A stretch of 36,321 bases of DNA from Actinobacteria bacterium RBG_16_64_13 (GCA_001768675.1 MELN01000020.1:42666-78986), one strand, 5' to 3'. Counted from the stretch's first letter, positions 1 to 7,847 are shown. Numbers and translations: made by a program. The notes: generated from the sequence alone by a model not told the origin.

Positions 1-100
1 ACCAGCAGAGGATCATTGTCCCGTGCCGAGATGGTTTCTGCCATAATGTCCCCCGTCGTGGGCGGCCGCTCGCCAAGCGCGAGCGCCTTGCAAATCAACT

Positions 101-160
101 GTGCCTACTCTACGATACTATCAGTATTACTCAATAATATCGAGATATCGTTTTGCCTTT
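101..160 (+). promoter_or_regulatory. AT-rich putative promoter/operator upstream of the Mo-enzyme operon
   Basis: This is the only strongly AT-rich stretch in a GC-rich flank. It has a TAATAT -10-like hexamer at 135-140, an inverted repeat ATACT-ATC-AGTAT at 115-127, and a tandem ATATCG-AG-ATATCG (with a GATATC palindrome) at 137-150. A GGGAG RBS at 188-192 precedes ATG 203. Confidence 0.3.
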
Positions 161-202
161 GCGCGGGGGACCATCTCAAAACCTCATGGGAGCTGATGAT
201 CG

Positions 203-2728
203 ATGGCTGAAAAGGTGTTCACGAACTGCACGAACAGCGGGCCCGTCACGGTCTACGTGAAGGACGGAACGATAGTGCGGATACGGCCATTGGTCGTTGA
301 TGAAAAGGACTACAAGCCCTGGGTCATCGAAGCCGGCGGTAAGAGATACTCCCCGCCCAAGAAGGTCACCCTCTCGCCCTGCGTGCATGCGGAACGCCGC
401 CGCATCTATTCCGACGAGCGCATCAAGTACCCCATGAAGCGGGTGGACTTCGATGCCAACGGCGAGCGCAACCCGCAGAACCGCGGCAAATCGCCGTATG
501 TGCGGATCTCCTGGGACGAGGCGGCCACGCTGGTGGCCTCCGAGCTCAAGCGGGTCAAGGAGACCTACGGCGGGTCGGCTATCAGCGGCCTGACCTCATC
601 GCATCACAACTGGGGCATCGTCGGCTACAAGATGGGACCCTTCGCCCGTTTCCTTAACATGGTGGAAGGCACCCCGGTGCTCGACAATCCCGACAGCTGG
701 GAGGGATGGCACTGGGGGGCGACGCACACCTACGGCTTCCAGTGGCGCCTGGGCATGCCGGAGCCCTACGACATGCTGGGCGACGCCCTGCAGAACGCCG
801 AGATGATCGTCTACTGGTCCAACGACCCGGACACCACCAGGGGCACTTACTCCGGCCAGGACTCGGCCCTCTGGCGGCAGTGGCTCAAAGAGAAGGGCGT
901 CAAGATGGTCTTCATCGACCCCTTCCACAACTACACCAACGCCGTTATGGGGGGCAAGTGGATAGCCCCGCGGGCGGGGACCGATGCGGCGATAGCCATG
1001 GCTATCGCGTTCGTGTGGATCACTGAAGACACATATAACAAGGACTACGTCCGCGATCGCACCATCGGCTTCGATCAGTTCAAGAAGTACGTCATGGGCG
1101 AGACCGACGGGGTACCCAAGACGCCCGAGTGGGCGGCGGAGGAATCCGGCGTCGAAGCCCGGGTCATCCGCACGCTGGCGCGCGAGTGGGCGGCCATGCG
1201 CACCATCCTCTCCGGCGGTTCGCGGGGCGGTGAAGGCGGGGCCTGCCGCGAAGCCTACGGTACCGAATGGGCCCGCATGATGGTTCTGCTGCAGGCCATG
1301 CAGGGGCTGGGGGCTCCGGGCCGCAGCATCTGGGGCACCACTATGGGCGCCCCCTCCGACCCCACTCGTTGGGTGCCGAGCTACGGCGAGCCGCTGGCCC
1401 GTATCTCGATGTCCACCATGGCCTGCGATTACATTCCCGTCAACAACAACCCGCAGCGGCTGTGGCGCCTGACCGTGCCGGAGGCCATCCTCAGCCCGCC
1501 GGTGGACTGGTATGGCGAAGGCTTCTGCGGCAAGTCTCTAGAGCAGCAGTTCACCCACTTCACCTATCCGGCCGAAGGCTGCTCCGAGATCAAGCTGTGG
1601 TACCGCTACGGCGGCTCCTTCATGGGCACCATGAGCGACACCACCAAGTGGGTGCGCATGTATCAGAGCCCGAAGCTGGAGTTCGTTGTCAACCAAGACG
1701 TCTGGTACAACAGCGAGACCCGCATGGCCGACCTCATCCTGCCGGCCTGCACCAACTTCGAGCGCGAAGACATGGGCGAGTGGGCCTCCGTCAACGGCTA
1801 CACCTGGCACGCCAGCTCGGGCTGCAACTACCGGGTGGTGGTGCGCGAGCAGAAATGCATCGAGCCTCTGTGGGAATCGAAGTCCGACTACGAGATCTTC
1901 GCGCTCATCTTCGAGAAGATGGGCCTGCGCGACAAGTACACCGACGGCGGCAAGACCGAGTTCGACTGGGTCAAGAAGTTCTTCGACATCTCCGACCTGC
2001 CCAAGGACGTCAGCTGGGAGGAGTTCAACAGCAAGGGCTACCACATCATCAACATCAACGACGACTACAAGCCCACTGTTGGCCTGCGCTGGTTCTACGA
2101 GGGCCGGGCGTGCGACACCCCCGACCCGGGCAATTCCAAGCGCCTCACCGAGAAGCGCGGCGAGCTGGGCACGTTCAGCGGCAAGATCGAGTTCGCGTCG
2201 GAGAGCCTCAAGCAGTATTTTCCCGACGATGACGAGCGGCCGGTCGTGCCCAACTACATCCGCAGCTGGGAGGGGTATCTCACTCCCGGGCTGTACGACA
2301 AGTACCCGCTTCAGCTGATCTCGCCCCACCCGCGCTTCACGTTCCACTGCCACTACGACAAGCACACCGACTGGCTCAACGACATCCCCATCCACCGCAT
2401 CAAGAAAGATGGCCATGCCTGGTGGCCGGCCCGGATCAACCCCGAAGACGCGGCCGAGCGGGGCATCAACAGCCACGACATCGTCCGGCTCTACAACGAC
2501 CGGGCCTCGGTGCTCTGCATCGCGGTGGTCACCGGGCGCATCCGTCCCGGCATCATCCACAGCTACGCTTCCTCGGCCCTGTACGATCCGCTGCAGCCGG
2601 GCCAAGCGGACTCCATGGACAGGGGCGGATGCGTGGCCATGCTGACCCCCTCGCGCATGACGTCCAAGAATGTGCCGGGCATGACGCCCAATTCCTGCCT
2701 CATCGAGATCGAGAAATGGGAGGGCTAG
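203..2728 (+). CDS. Molybdopterin (bis-MGD) oxidoreductase large subunit, pyrogallol-phloroglucinol transhydroxylase alpha (AthL)-like
   Basis: 841-aa ORF. The N-terminus (TNCTNSGPVTVYVKDGTIVRIRP) has no Cys-rich FeS motif and no twin-arginine signal. Blocks such as YPMKRVDFDANGERNPQNRG, SSHHNWGIVGY, NPDSWEGWHWG, ILPACTNFERED and LIEIEKWEG match my recollection of the Pelobacter acidigallici enzyme. Confidence 0.85.
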   Translation: MAEKVFTNCTNSGPVTVYVKDGTIVRIRPLVVDEKDYKPWVIEAGGKRYSPPKKVTLSPCVHAERRRIYSDERIKYPMKRVDFDANGERNPQNRGKSPYVRISWDEAATLVASELKRVKETYGGSAISGLTSSHHNWGIVGYKMGPFARFLNMVEGTPVLDNPDSWEGWHWGATHTYGFQWRLGMPEPYDMLGDALQNAEMIVYWSNDPDTTRGTYSGQDSALWRQWLKEKGVKMVFIDPFHNYTNAVMGGKWIAPRAGTDAAIAMAIAFVWITEDTYNKDYVRDRTIGFDQFKKYVMGETDGVPKTPEWAAEESGVEARVIRTLAREWAAMRTILSGGSRGGEGGACREAYGTEWARMMVLLQAMQGLGAPGRSIWGTTMGAPSDPTRWVPSYGEPLARISMSTMACDYIPVNNNPQRLWRLTVPEAILSPPVDWYGEGFCGKSLEQQFTHFTYPAEGCSEIKLWYRYGGSFMGTMSDTTKWVRMYQSPKLEFVVNQDVWYNSETRMADLILPACTNFEREDMGEWASVNGYTWHASSGCNYRVVVREQKCIEPLWESKSDYEIFALIFEKMGLRDKYTDGGKTEFDWVKKFFDISDLPKDVSWEEFNSKGYHIININDDYKPTVGLRWFYEGRACDTPDPGNSKRLTEKRGELGTFSGKIEFASESLKQYFPDDDERPVVPNYIRSWEGYLTPGLYDKYPLQLISPHPRFTFHCHYDKHTDWLNDIPIHRIKKDGHAWWPARINPEDAAERGINSHDIVRLYNDRASVLCIAVVTGRIRPGIIHSYASSALYDPLQPGQADSMDRGGCVAMLTPSRMTSKNVPGMTPNSCLIEIEKWEG

Positions 2729-2732
2729 TCAG

Positions 2733-3572
2733 ATGGCACGCCTGAGCCTGCTTATTGACGTGACCAAGTGCAGCGGCTGCCATAACTGCTTCCTTGCCTG
2801 CCGCGACGAGTACTACGACAACGACTACAGCCCATATTCAGCGCCTCAGCCGCTCGACGGCCAGTTCTGGATGCAGGTCAAGGAGGTCGAGCGGGGCAGC
2901 TATCCCAAGCCCAAACTGGACTACATCCCTACCCCGTGCATGCAATGCGAGAAGGCTCCCTGCATAGCCGTGGCCGCGGACGACGCCGTGTATCGTCGCA
3001 AGGACGGCATCGTGCTGATCGACCCGCAGAAGTCCAAAGGTCAAAGGGCGATCGTTAATTCTTGCCCGTATCGCGTGGTCTTTTGGAACGCCGCTCTTGA
3101 GATCCCGCAGAAGTGCACGCTGTGTGCCCACCGGCTGGACGAAGGCGCCAAGGAGCCGCGCTGCGTGGAGGCCTGCCCCACCGGGGCGCTGGTCTTCGGC
3201 GACCTTGATGATCCCAAGAGCGATATCGCCAAGCTCGCGGCCGCCTCCAAGACCGAGACCCTTCACCCCGAATACAATGCCTCTCCGACGGTCAAGTACG
3301 TGGGCATTCCCAAGCGCTTCATCGTGGGTGAAGTCGTCCGGCGGGACGTCCCCGGCGAATGCGCCCAGGGAATCAAGGTCACCTTGGAAGGCGGCGGGCT
3401 GAAGCTCGAGACTCGGTCCGACGGCTACGGCGACTTCGAGTTCGAGGGTCTGGAAAAGAACACCGACTACCGCGTCGGCATCGAGCTCGAAGGCTACGCG
3501 TCGATGATCGTCGAGGTCTACACACAGACCGACGTCGATTTGGGCGAGATCGTGCTGGAGCCGTTCAAGTAG
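2733..3572 (+). CDS. 4Fe-4S ferredoxin-type small subunit of the Mo enzyme (BthL-like) with a C-terminal beta-sandwich (carboxypeptidase-regulatory-like) domain
   Basis: 279-aa ORF starting 4 nt after the alpha-subunit stop. Cys clusters are CSGCHNCFLAC, CMQCEKAPC, and CTLCAHR...CVEACP. The C-terminal ~80 aa (GIKVTLEGGG...GDFEFEGL...YRVGIELEGY) look like a small Ig-like/CarboxypepD_reg fold, as in the Pelobacter beta subunit. Confidence 0.85.
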   Translation: MARLSLLIDVTKCSGCHNCFLACRDEYYDNDYSPYSAPQPLDGQFWMQVKEVERGSYPKPKLDYIPTPCMQCEKAPCIAVAADDAVYRRKDGIVLIDPQKSKGQRAIVNSCPYRVVFWNAALEIPQKCTLCAHRLDEGAKEPRCVEACPTGALVFGDLDDPKSDIAKLAAASKTETLHPEYNASPTVKYVGIPKRFIVGEVVRRDVPGECAQGIKVTLEGGGLKLETRSDGYGDFEFEGLEKNTDYRVGIELEGYASMIVEVYTQTDVDLGEIVLEPFK

Positions 3573-3618
3573 ACGAACCGAAAGAAGCTGTTAGAGCAAG
3601 CGATCCGGGAAAGGTCCG

Positions 3619-4815
3619 ATGGAAGAAGTCGTCATCGTCAGTGCCGTGAGAACGGCGGTCGGCAGGCTGGGCGGAGGTCTCAAAGACGTCGAGCCGGAAG
3701 ACCTCGGGAAACTGGTCATCCAGGAAGCCCTGGCGCGGGCCCAGGTCGAGCCCGAAGCCGTGGACGAGGTGATCCTCGGCCAGACCAAGCAGAGCGCCGA
3801 CGCCGCCAACCTGGCGCGGGTAGCCATGCTCAAAGCGGGACTGCCCGTCGAGGTGCCCGCGTATACGGTCATGCGACAGTGTGGCTCGGGTCTGACAGCC
3901 ATTCACAACGCGGTGGCAAGCATCATGATCGGCGAGGCCGATATCGTCGTGGCGGGTGGCGTGGAGAACATGAGCAAGGCTCCATACTATTTGAGAGGCG
4001 CCCGCTACGGGTATGGGGCGGGCAACGCAGTCCTTGTCGACTCCAACACCGAGAGCCAGCCTCGCTCGCAGCCCATCGAGATCTATGGTGCCAATCTGAC
4101 CATGGGTCTCACCGCCGAGAATCTGGCTGTCAAGTACGGCATCAGCCGCGAGGAGCAAGACATCTTCTCCCTGCAGAGCCAGGAGAGGGCCTTCGCCGCC
4201 ATAGAATCGGGGCGGTTCAAAGACGAGATCGTGCCGGTGGAGATCAAGCAGAGGAAGGGCACGGTCGTCTTCGACACCGACGAGCACCCGCGCAGGAGCA
4301 CGCTGGAGGGACTGGCGGCGCTGCCTCCGGTCTTCAAGGACTGCGGCACCGTGACCGCCGGGAACGCGTCGGGCCGCAACGACGGCGCCGCCTGCACCGT
4401 GGTCATGTCGGCCAAAGAGGCGAGTAGGCGAGGCCTCAAGCCCATGGTGGTCATCAGGGGCATGGCTGTCGCCGGCGTGTCACCGGAGATCATGGGCATC
4501 GGCCCGGCGCCGGCTTCGCGGAAAGCGCTCAAAAGAGCCGGTCTGACTCTGGACGACATGGGGCTCATCGAGCTCAACGAGGCCTTCGCCGCCCAGGCGC
4601 TTGCCGTGATCAAGGACCTGGATATCGGTCACCGTATGGCCGACCTGAACGTCAACGGCGGCGCGATCGCGCTAGGGCATCCGCTGGGCTGCTCCGGAGC
4701 CAGGATCTTCACGACCCTTCTCCATGAGATGAAGAAGCGGGGTACCCGCTATGGCCTTGCCACCTTGTGCATCGCCGGTGGCCAGGGCATCGCGACCGTC
4801 GTGGAGGCGGTCTAG
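3619..4815 (+). CDS. Acetyl-CoA C-acetyltransferase (thiolase II)
   Basis: 398 aa. Thiolase motifs are present: the nucleophile Cys context VMRQCGSGL, NEAFAAQ, and C-terminal GGAIALGHPLGCSGARI plus CIAGGQG. It starts 46 nt downstream of the beta subunit, with a GGAAAGG RBS. Confidence 0.92.
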   Translation: MEEVVIVSAVRTAVGRLGGGLKDVEPEDLGKLVIQEALARAQVEPEAVDEVILGQTKQSADAANLARVAMLKAGLPVEVPAYTVMRQCGSGLTAIHNAVASIMIGEADIVVAGGVENMSKAPYYLRGARYGYGAGNAVLVDSNTESQPRSQPIEIYGANLTMGLTAENLAVKYGISREEQDIFSLQSQERAFAAIESGRFKDEIVPVEIKQRKGTVVFDTDEHPRRSTLEGLAALPPVFKDCGTVTAGNASGRNDGAACTVVMSAKEASRRGLKPMVVIRGMAVAGVSPEIMGIGPAPASRKALKRAGLTLDDMGLIELNEAFAAQALAVIKDLDIGHRMADLNVNGGAIALGHPLGCSGARIFTTLLHEMKKRGTRYGLATLCIAGGQGIATVVEAV

Positions 4816-4900
4816 CCGCCAACAAGGCGTAGGGCCCACCGCGAAGCACTGCAGGGTACTGCAAAGCTTCGCTGCGAGCCCTACGCCTTGTTGGCGGCTA
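4813..4900. terminator. Long three-tier hairpin between convergent genes (putative bidirectional terminator or palindromic element)
   Basis: 4813-4835 (TAGCCGCCAACAAGGCGTAGGGC) is the perfect reverse complement of 4878-4900. Inner helices are 4841-4847/4866-4872 and 4850-4854/4859-4863, with loop GGTA. The outermost base triplets are the TAG stops of both flanking genes. There is no U-tract. Confidence 0.5.
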
Positions 4901-5614
4901 GGGCGCCAGCGAAATTCGGGGGTTGTCCGCCGTCAGGTAGTCGATGCGGCTGGTCCCGCCGCAGAATCTCTGGATGAGCTCAGCCACCTCGGCACAGGCG
5001 GCTGCGATCTCGTCCCGCGTGACCGGGGGTAGGCCGTCCACGTTGAACTCGATGGCCGTGGTGTCGGGGAGGGTCAGGGTGTGATTGCCCTGCCGCCACG
5101 TCCAGCGGCGCGTGAGGACTGTATTGCCCTCGACGAAGACGACCTCTCCGGGCAGGGGATGCTCCAACTCCTCAGAGCCGAAGGCCACGAAATCCTCGGC
5201 GCCCGTGGCGAAGCGAAGCTCGATGTCACCGTTCAGCAGGTCTATCGCGTGCCCGCCCGCCGGGATCAAGTGGCGCAGTGACATGACGTTGCCGATATCG
5301 ACAAGCGCGTTGATGGCGGGAAGCTCGTCGCCGCGGAGCGCTCTTCGGGCCATGGCCTCCACCGACGAGCGGAACTCTGAGGGCTTGGCTCCGAAGGCAC
5401 GGTAGGCCTCGCGCCAGCACTTGATGCGAGGCTCCTCGGCGATCTGGTCCAGGTTCACTCGGGCGCGCACCGACTCCTCGGCTTCGCGCAGCATCTGCAC
5501 CAGTTCCGCGGGGGAGGGTCCGTTGCCGACTTCATGCGCGATGACCACGCCGCGCACATACCCGGGGAAGCGCGCGAAGATGTCTGGGGAGATGCTGTAG
5601 CTAGAATGATCCAT
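4898..5614 (-). CDS. Stand-alone B3/B4 domain protein (PheRS beta-subunit B3_4-like, COG3382-type)
   Basis: 238-aa ORF. The AGGTGG RBS lies ~9 nt upstream of the ATG on the minus strand. The sequence (PRIKCWREAYRAFGAKPSEFRSSVEAM, LPAINALVDIGNVMSLRHLIPAGGHAID, RRWTWRQG) matches my memory of the B3_4 family. The call is by recollection only. Confidence 0.7.
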   Translation of the reverse strand: MDHSSYSISPDIFARFPGYVRGVVIAHEVGNGPSPAELVQMLREAEESVRARVNLDQIAEEPRIKCWREAYRAFGAKPSEFRSSVEAMARRALRGDELPAINALVDIGNVMSLRHLIPAGGHAIDLLNGDIELRFATGAEDFVAFGSEELEHPLPGEVVFVEGNTVLTRRWTWRQGNHTLTLPDTTAIEFNVDGLPPVTRDEIAAACAEVAELIQRFCGGTSRIDYLTADNPRISLAP

Positions 5615-5839
5615 GAGAGAAACCCACCTGCGGTCGAAGTGCCCGTTGCTGCGATTCTACCCGAAAACCGGTCTGCCCGGCCCTGGAAGTCGCCGCGAGG
5701 CCTCCTGCCCCGAGAGGGCTCTCGCCTCCGGCGGCTTGCCGGGAGAGAGAAGTCTGCGTTAGGCTGAAGAGCGGCGGAACAGCTTCAACGGCAGGACCGC
5801 GGCCGCAACCTCCGGCGCGGCCGGGCAGGGAGTCAACGC

Positions 5840-7129
5840 ATGAGGATCGACGTGCCCTGGGGCAAGGGGACCACCCCTGTGGAGGTCGACGCTCGGCGTG
5901 TCGCCGCGGTCCTGGGCGCCAAGGCGGAGAAGGCGGAGGATCCGGACGGCATACTGCATGGGGCGATCTCCCGCCCGGGGGCAAGCTTTGAGGGGTTCAT
6001 CGCGGCGGCTCCTTCGCCACTCCTCGTGGTGGTCAACGACGGCACGAGGCCTACGCCGTCTGCCCATGTTCTTCGAGCCTTGCGGCCCGGCTTGGAGGAG
6101 TGGCTGACAGCACCAGGCAGGGAACTCGCCTTCGCGGTCGCCACCGGCACCCACCGGGTCGCGCTGCCCGAAGAGATCGACCATATCTTCGGCTCCGGAT
6201 TGGCCGAGGCCCACGCCGGCCGGATCTTCTCTCACGACGCAAAGGCTGGCGAGCAGTTGGTTCACTTGGGCGCGACTCGGCGCGGCACCGATGTATGGGT
6301 CAACCGGCTCTTGGCCGACGCGCGCGGCGTGATCGTCATCAACTCGGTGGAACCGCACTACTTCGCCGGATACACCGGCGGGCGGAAGTCACTGTTCCCG
6401 GGGCTGGCCGGCTACGATACCGTGTGGGCCAACCACAAGCTGTCAATGGAGCCGGGTTCCGAGACCCTGGTCCTGGAGGGCAATCCCGTTCACGAGGATC
6501 TCGAGGAAGCCATGGCCGTCGGGGTCACGGGGAAGGAGATCTTCTCCATCCAACTCGTCCTCGATAAGGATCACCAAATAGGCTTCGCGGCGGCCGGTAG
6601 CCTGGCGGAGACCTTCAGGCAGGCGGTGGCAGTCGCCGACCGGCAGTTCGTCCTCGGCATCGAGCGGCGTTACGAGGTCGTGGTGGCCGTCGCGCCTCAC
6701 CCCATGGATTGTAACTTCTACCAGACCAACAAGGCCATCCAGAGCGGCGCCCTGGCTGTCAAGAACGGGGGCGTGCTCATCGTGGTCTCACAGTGTCCCT
6801 TCGGCCTCGGCGAGAACCAGACCCTCTTCGACATGCTGGCTGCCGCCGACTCACCGGCGGAGGCGCTCCAGCGTGCCGGCAGGGAGGAGTACAAGCTGGG
6901 GGTCCAGCAGGCCACCCGGGTCGCGTCCATCCTGGAAAGGGCCGAGATCTGGGCGGTCACTTCACTCAAAGACGACGATGTGCGGGCCATGTTCATGACT
7001 CCTGTCGCCGACGTGCAGACGGCCGTGGACGAGGCGCTGGCGCGGCAGGGTCCGGACGCTCAAGTGCTCTTTCTGAACGAGGCCAGTATCACCGTGCCGC
7101 GCGTCCCGATCGGCCTCGACCATTCTTGA
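5840..7129 (+). CDS. LarA-family nickel-pincer-nucleotide-dependent racemase/epimerase homologue (DUF2088)
   Basis: 429 aa. LarA hallmark blocks are present: VVNDGTRPTP, ATGTHR, VEPHYFAGYTGGRKSLFPG (His and the cofactor-binding Lys), WANHK, GNPVHEDL and NFYQTNKA. Confidence 0.8.
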   Translation: MRIDVPWGKGTTPVEVDARRVAAVLGAKAEKAEDPDGILHGAISRPGASFEGFIAAAPSPLLVVVNDGTRPTPSAHVLRALRPGLEEWLTAPGRELAFAVATGTHRVALPEEIDHIFGSGLAEAHAGRIFSHDAKAGEQLVHLGATRRGTDVWVNRLLADARGVIVINSVEPHYFAGYTGGRKSLFPGLAGYDTVWANHKLSMEPGSETLVLEGNPVHEDLEEAMAVGVTGKEIFSIQLVLDKDHQIGFAAAGSLAETFRQAVAVADRQFVLGIERRYEVVVAVAPHPMDCNFYQTNKAIQSGALAVKNGGVLIVVSQCPFGLGENQTLFDMLAAADSPAEALQRAGREEYKLGVQQATRVASILERAEIWAVTSLKDDDVRAMFMTPVADVQTAVDEALARQGPDAQVLFLNEASITVPRVPIGLDHS

Positions 7130-7154
7130 AACTGCCTATGCCATTGGGTATCAT
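7126..7154 (+). promoter_or_regulatory. Sigma-70-type promoter for the tRNA cluster
   Basis: TTGAAA (7126-7131, overlapping the larA-like stop), an exactly 17-nt spacer, then TATCAT (7149-7154). It lies ~30 nt upstream of tRNA-Tyr. Confidence 0.5.
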
Positions 7155-7185
7155 GCGACTTCGCCTCCGCGCGGGTTCCGCGTGT

Positions 7186-7270
<85 letters not shown>

Positions 7271-7321
7271 CCACGATGCGTCGGCGGCCGGAGCAGCGGT
7301 CAGCGACTGTCTGGCTCATGG

Positions 7322-7397
7322 GCCTCCATAGCTCAGTTGGCAGAGCACTTCCATGGTAAGGAAGGGGTCTTCGGTTCAAATCCGAATGGGGGCTCCA
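7322..7397 (+). tRNA. tRNA-Thr (anticodon GGT), CCA encoded
   Basis: Hand-folded. Acceptor GCCTCCA/TGGGGGC, D-arm GCTC-AGTTGGC-AGAGC, anticodon stem CTTCC/GGAAG with loop ATGGTAA, T-arm TTCGG-TTCAAAT-CCGAA. Confidence 0.93.
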
Positions 7398-7417
7398 TAC
7401 AACGGGTTGCGAGATGA

Positions 7418-7491
7418 GGCGGCGTAGCTCAGTCGGTCAGAGCAGCGGAATCATAATCCGCGTGTCAGAGGTTCGAGTCCTCTCGCCGCTA
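7418..7491 (+). tRNA. tRNA-Met (anticodon CAT, elongator-like), no encoded CCA
   Basis: Hand-folded. Acceptor GGCGGCG/CGCCGCT, anticodon stem GCGGA/TCCGC with loop ATCATAA, T-arm AGAGG-TTCGAGT-CCTCT, discriminator A. Confidence 0.88.
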
Positions 7492-7493
7492 TA

Positions 7494-7539
7494 GGGCTGC
7501 TGAAGAACGACGGCCGAGGCTTCGTTTCTCAGCAGTCCC
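7494..7539 (+). other. Stem-loop downstream of tRNA-Met (processing or weak termination signal)
   Basis: CTGCTGA-AGAACGA at 7497-7510 pairs with TCGTTTCT-CAGCAG at 7522-7535, about 14 bp with a single-nt bulge. Flanking GGG/CCC extends the stem. No clear U-tract follows. Confidence 0.3.
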
Positions 7540-7595
7540 CCAACTCTGTTTGTGGTAGCATGCACGGGCGTAATTGACTAGGAAGCGGTGAAGTA

Positions 7596-7745
7596 ATGCG
7601 GGTACGGGTGACGATGGCTTGCCAGGAGTGCAAGCGCCGTAATTACACCAGCATGAAGAACAAGCGCAACGATCCCGAGCGGATTGAATTGCGCAAGTAC
7701 TGCAAGTGGTGCGATACGGTCACGGTCCACAAAGAGACCAAGTAG
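7596..7745 (+). CDS. rpmG: 50S ribosomal protein L33 (zinc-ribbon form)
   Basis: This 49-aa ORF is below the ORF-track cutoff and was read by eye: [49 protein letters not shown]. It has CxxC...CxxC and sits in the canonical position before tRNA-Trp/secE. Confidence 0.9.
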   Translation: MRVRVTMACQECKRRNYTSMKNKRNDPERIELRKYCKWCDTVTVHKETK

Positions 7746-7771
7746 TCCAACACCGGAACACGGGTAGGCGT

Positions 7772-7847
7772 AGGGCAGTAGCTCCAACGGTAGAGCGCCG
7801 GTCTCCAAAACCGGATGTTGGGGGTTCGAATCCCTCCTGCCCTGCCA
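7772..7847 (+). tRNA. tRNA-Trp (anticodon CCA), CCA end encoded
   Basis: Hand-folded. Acceptor AGGGCAG/CTGCCCT, anticodon stem CCGGT/ACCGG with loop CTCCAAA, T-arm GGGGG-TTCGAAT-CCCTC, discriminator G plus CCA. Confidence 0.93.

Noticed and set aside
16-210. 64-aa ORF at the left edge, overlapping the promoter region and the start of the Mo-enzyme gene.
   Set aside because: It has no RBS, runs through the AT-rich promoter/operator island, and has no recognisable sequence features.
1267-2232. Alternative-frame ORFs inside the Mo-enzyme gene: 321 aa on the + strand (1267-2232), 355 aa on the minus strand (1538-2605), and others.
   Set aside because: They are embedded in a gene whose own frame gives a full-length, motif-rich protein. 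The alternative frames give Arg/Pro/Gly-rich nonsense.
5615-5839. The 225-nt divergent intergenic region between the B3/B4 gene and the LarA homologue, checked for a riboswitch or small ORFs (for example the track ORFs 5534-5767 on the + strand and 5601-5984 on the minus strand).
   Set aside because: I could recognise no riboswitch consensus. The ORFs are Pro/Arg/Gly-rich, lack an RBS and overlap the flanking genes. The region is treated as ordinary divergent promoter DNA.
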